A stretch of DNA of 64,000 nt from Vermamoeba vermiformis. Taxonomy: Eukaryota. The translations under genes were made by a program, and so were the position numbers. Shown here piece by piece: positions 62,455 to 64,000 of the stretch. Every line of letters starts with the position of its first letter. Within the stretch, counting starts at the first letter, position 1. The DNA lies in assembly GCA_045837725.1 (NCBI GenBank), contig JBEWZL010000030.1:62001-126000 (forward strand). The letters run 5' to 3'. Under the pieces are notes generated by a model. It searched no databases and had not been told where the DNA came from. It was given only the letters and a program-made list of their open reading frames with translations.

Positions 62455-64000
62455 ATGCAGAATAATAATCAAGCTTCAGCTGACGAGTCGAATAGTGGCA
62501 AGAGAGCATCTTTCACGAAGAGAATCGCTGCCATGTCTTCACGAGAACCCAGTGCAGCTGAACCGAGCTTTTCAGGCTCATCTGGCTTGTTAACTCCAAG
62601 CTCGCACAGAAGAAACAAAAGCGATGATTACAAGAACCTCGATAGACAATCTTCCTCTGCACTTATTAACAACTCAGAGCAAACGTTCCCAAAGTTTGAA
62701 GGACAATTATATAAGTGGACTAATTATGTAAAAGGTAACAAAATCGTTCAAAATCTTTTTATATGTGATCACATATGAATAATGTATTGGATTGATTCAT
62801 AATATTATGGCAGTTAATTTTTGAATTCAAGAAAAAAATTTCGTTTTTCAGGGGAGATTGCGGAAAAGATTCTCAAAAAATAAGAAAACCGGAAGATTTT
62901 AATTAACTTAATTATTAATAGGATGGAGAAAGCGATATTTCGTCCTCGAAAATGCAGTTTTGATGTATTTTATGAGCGAAAGAAGTTTGAATAGCCGAGG
63001 ATCTATCAACCTTTTGACAGCCGTAATTTGCGTCACCAAAAAGCACAAAACTCGCTTGGAGATTGATACTGGCGAGGGAGTTTTCCATTTAAGAGCTAAG
63101 GTAGAGTTGATTTCTTATTCTTGGTTTAGCCGAACGGGTCTTATCATTCTGCAGAGAACGAACAAATTTTTATTCTTACCGAATATGGAATGCCTAATAT
63201 TAATTACTATTATTGCGCCTTTAGACTAAAGAAGACCGAAACCGATGGGTTGACGCTTTGACTAAATCCAAGGAAATGCTCTCGCAGTTGTCGAGAACTG
63301 AAGAGAACATCAACAAGCACATCAAGTCTTTGGGCTCACCTGTCGATACGTTGAAGAAGACTTTGAGCTTGACTCAGTCCTTCGCTGGCGTCTTGAAAAA
63401 GGAGCTGGATCTTCTTGAAAGCACCGAGTAAGTATTGGGATTATACTTTATTCCATTATAAAAATGGTGCTAAGCACGATTTTATAGGAAAAAAGAAGAT
63501 AAAGACAATAAGGACAAAGACAAGGACAAGCACAAGAAAAAGAAGAAGGAAGGGGATGAAAAGGCTGATTTTGTCTCGCAGGCCAGTCAATTCCATCAAA
63601 ATGCATTGAAGCTGATCTCAGCCGTTGAGTCTGCTTTGCTTGCTGTGAACAAATTTGACGAAGAGCGCACTGCTATTCAAAGAGACTACGAGGCATTCGC
63701 TCGTCAACAAACTCAACTCAAGGAAACTGTCAGAATCTTGAAGGCTGAAAACGCTATTTTGAAGCGTAAATTAGCCCTGTCTGGAACCCACGGCGACGAT
63801 GTTAGCGATGGTGAAGCCTCAGTTGAAGAGGGCGTGCCTACCATGAAGGTGCCTTTGACTCCCACCGTCTCCAACACCGTTTCTCCCGCTATTCCTAGAG
63901 CCAACGAAGAGCGCGAAGAGATCTCTAACATTATTACTGGCACGCACACCATTGACTCCGACAGCGATGACGAGAGCGACGACAGCACAATGTACTTCGA
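62455..64000 (+). CDS. Oxysterol-binding-protein-like (PH domain, coiled coil, FFAT-like motif); 3' end beyond the window
   Basis: EGQLYKWTNYVKGWRKRYFVL..RGSINL is an OSBP-type PH domain. DDESDDSTMYF at the window edge is FFAT-like. The lipid-binding domain itself is not in the window. Confidence 0.75.

Noticed and set aside
1-64000. Alternative genetic code or stop readthrough suggested by the many short ORFs
   Set aside because: The stops checked lie within canonical introns, and long exons (e.g. 41028-42676) read openly in the standard code.

Overview
Compact, gene-dense, intron-rich eukaryotic nuclear DNA. Introns are GT-AG, mostly about 45-70 nt, with GTAAG/GTACG donors and CTAA(C/T)-type branch points. 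The standard genetic code fits. Gene content (RasGEF/RhoGEF/RhoGAP/VPS9 regulators, CTDC-type repeats, F-box proteins) suggests a free-living amoeboid protist, probably Amoebozoa (inference). I reconstructed about 29 protein-coding genes by hand-splicing; CDS coordinates are whole gene spans including introns. No rRNA, tRNA, CRISPR array or transposon was recognised. The top finding is an in-frame spliced fusion of an ASC-1/TRIP4 (RQT4-type) zinc-finger protein to a GH84 O-GlcNAcase domain with its catalytic DD intact. Other highlights: a RasGEF-DH-PH-Kelch-pseudokinase gene; a tandem pair of PA-domain 7TM receptors; an ePHD-SET protein with two PIP boxes; a Ly6/three-finger-like GPI protein; intron-containing bacterial-type genes (RhaT, GyrI-like); and recurrent palindromes in introns (TTGACACGTGTCAA and RGATCY).
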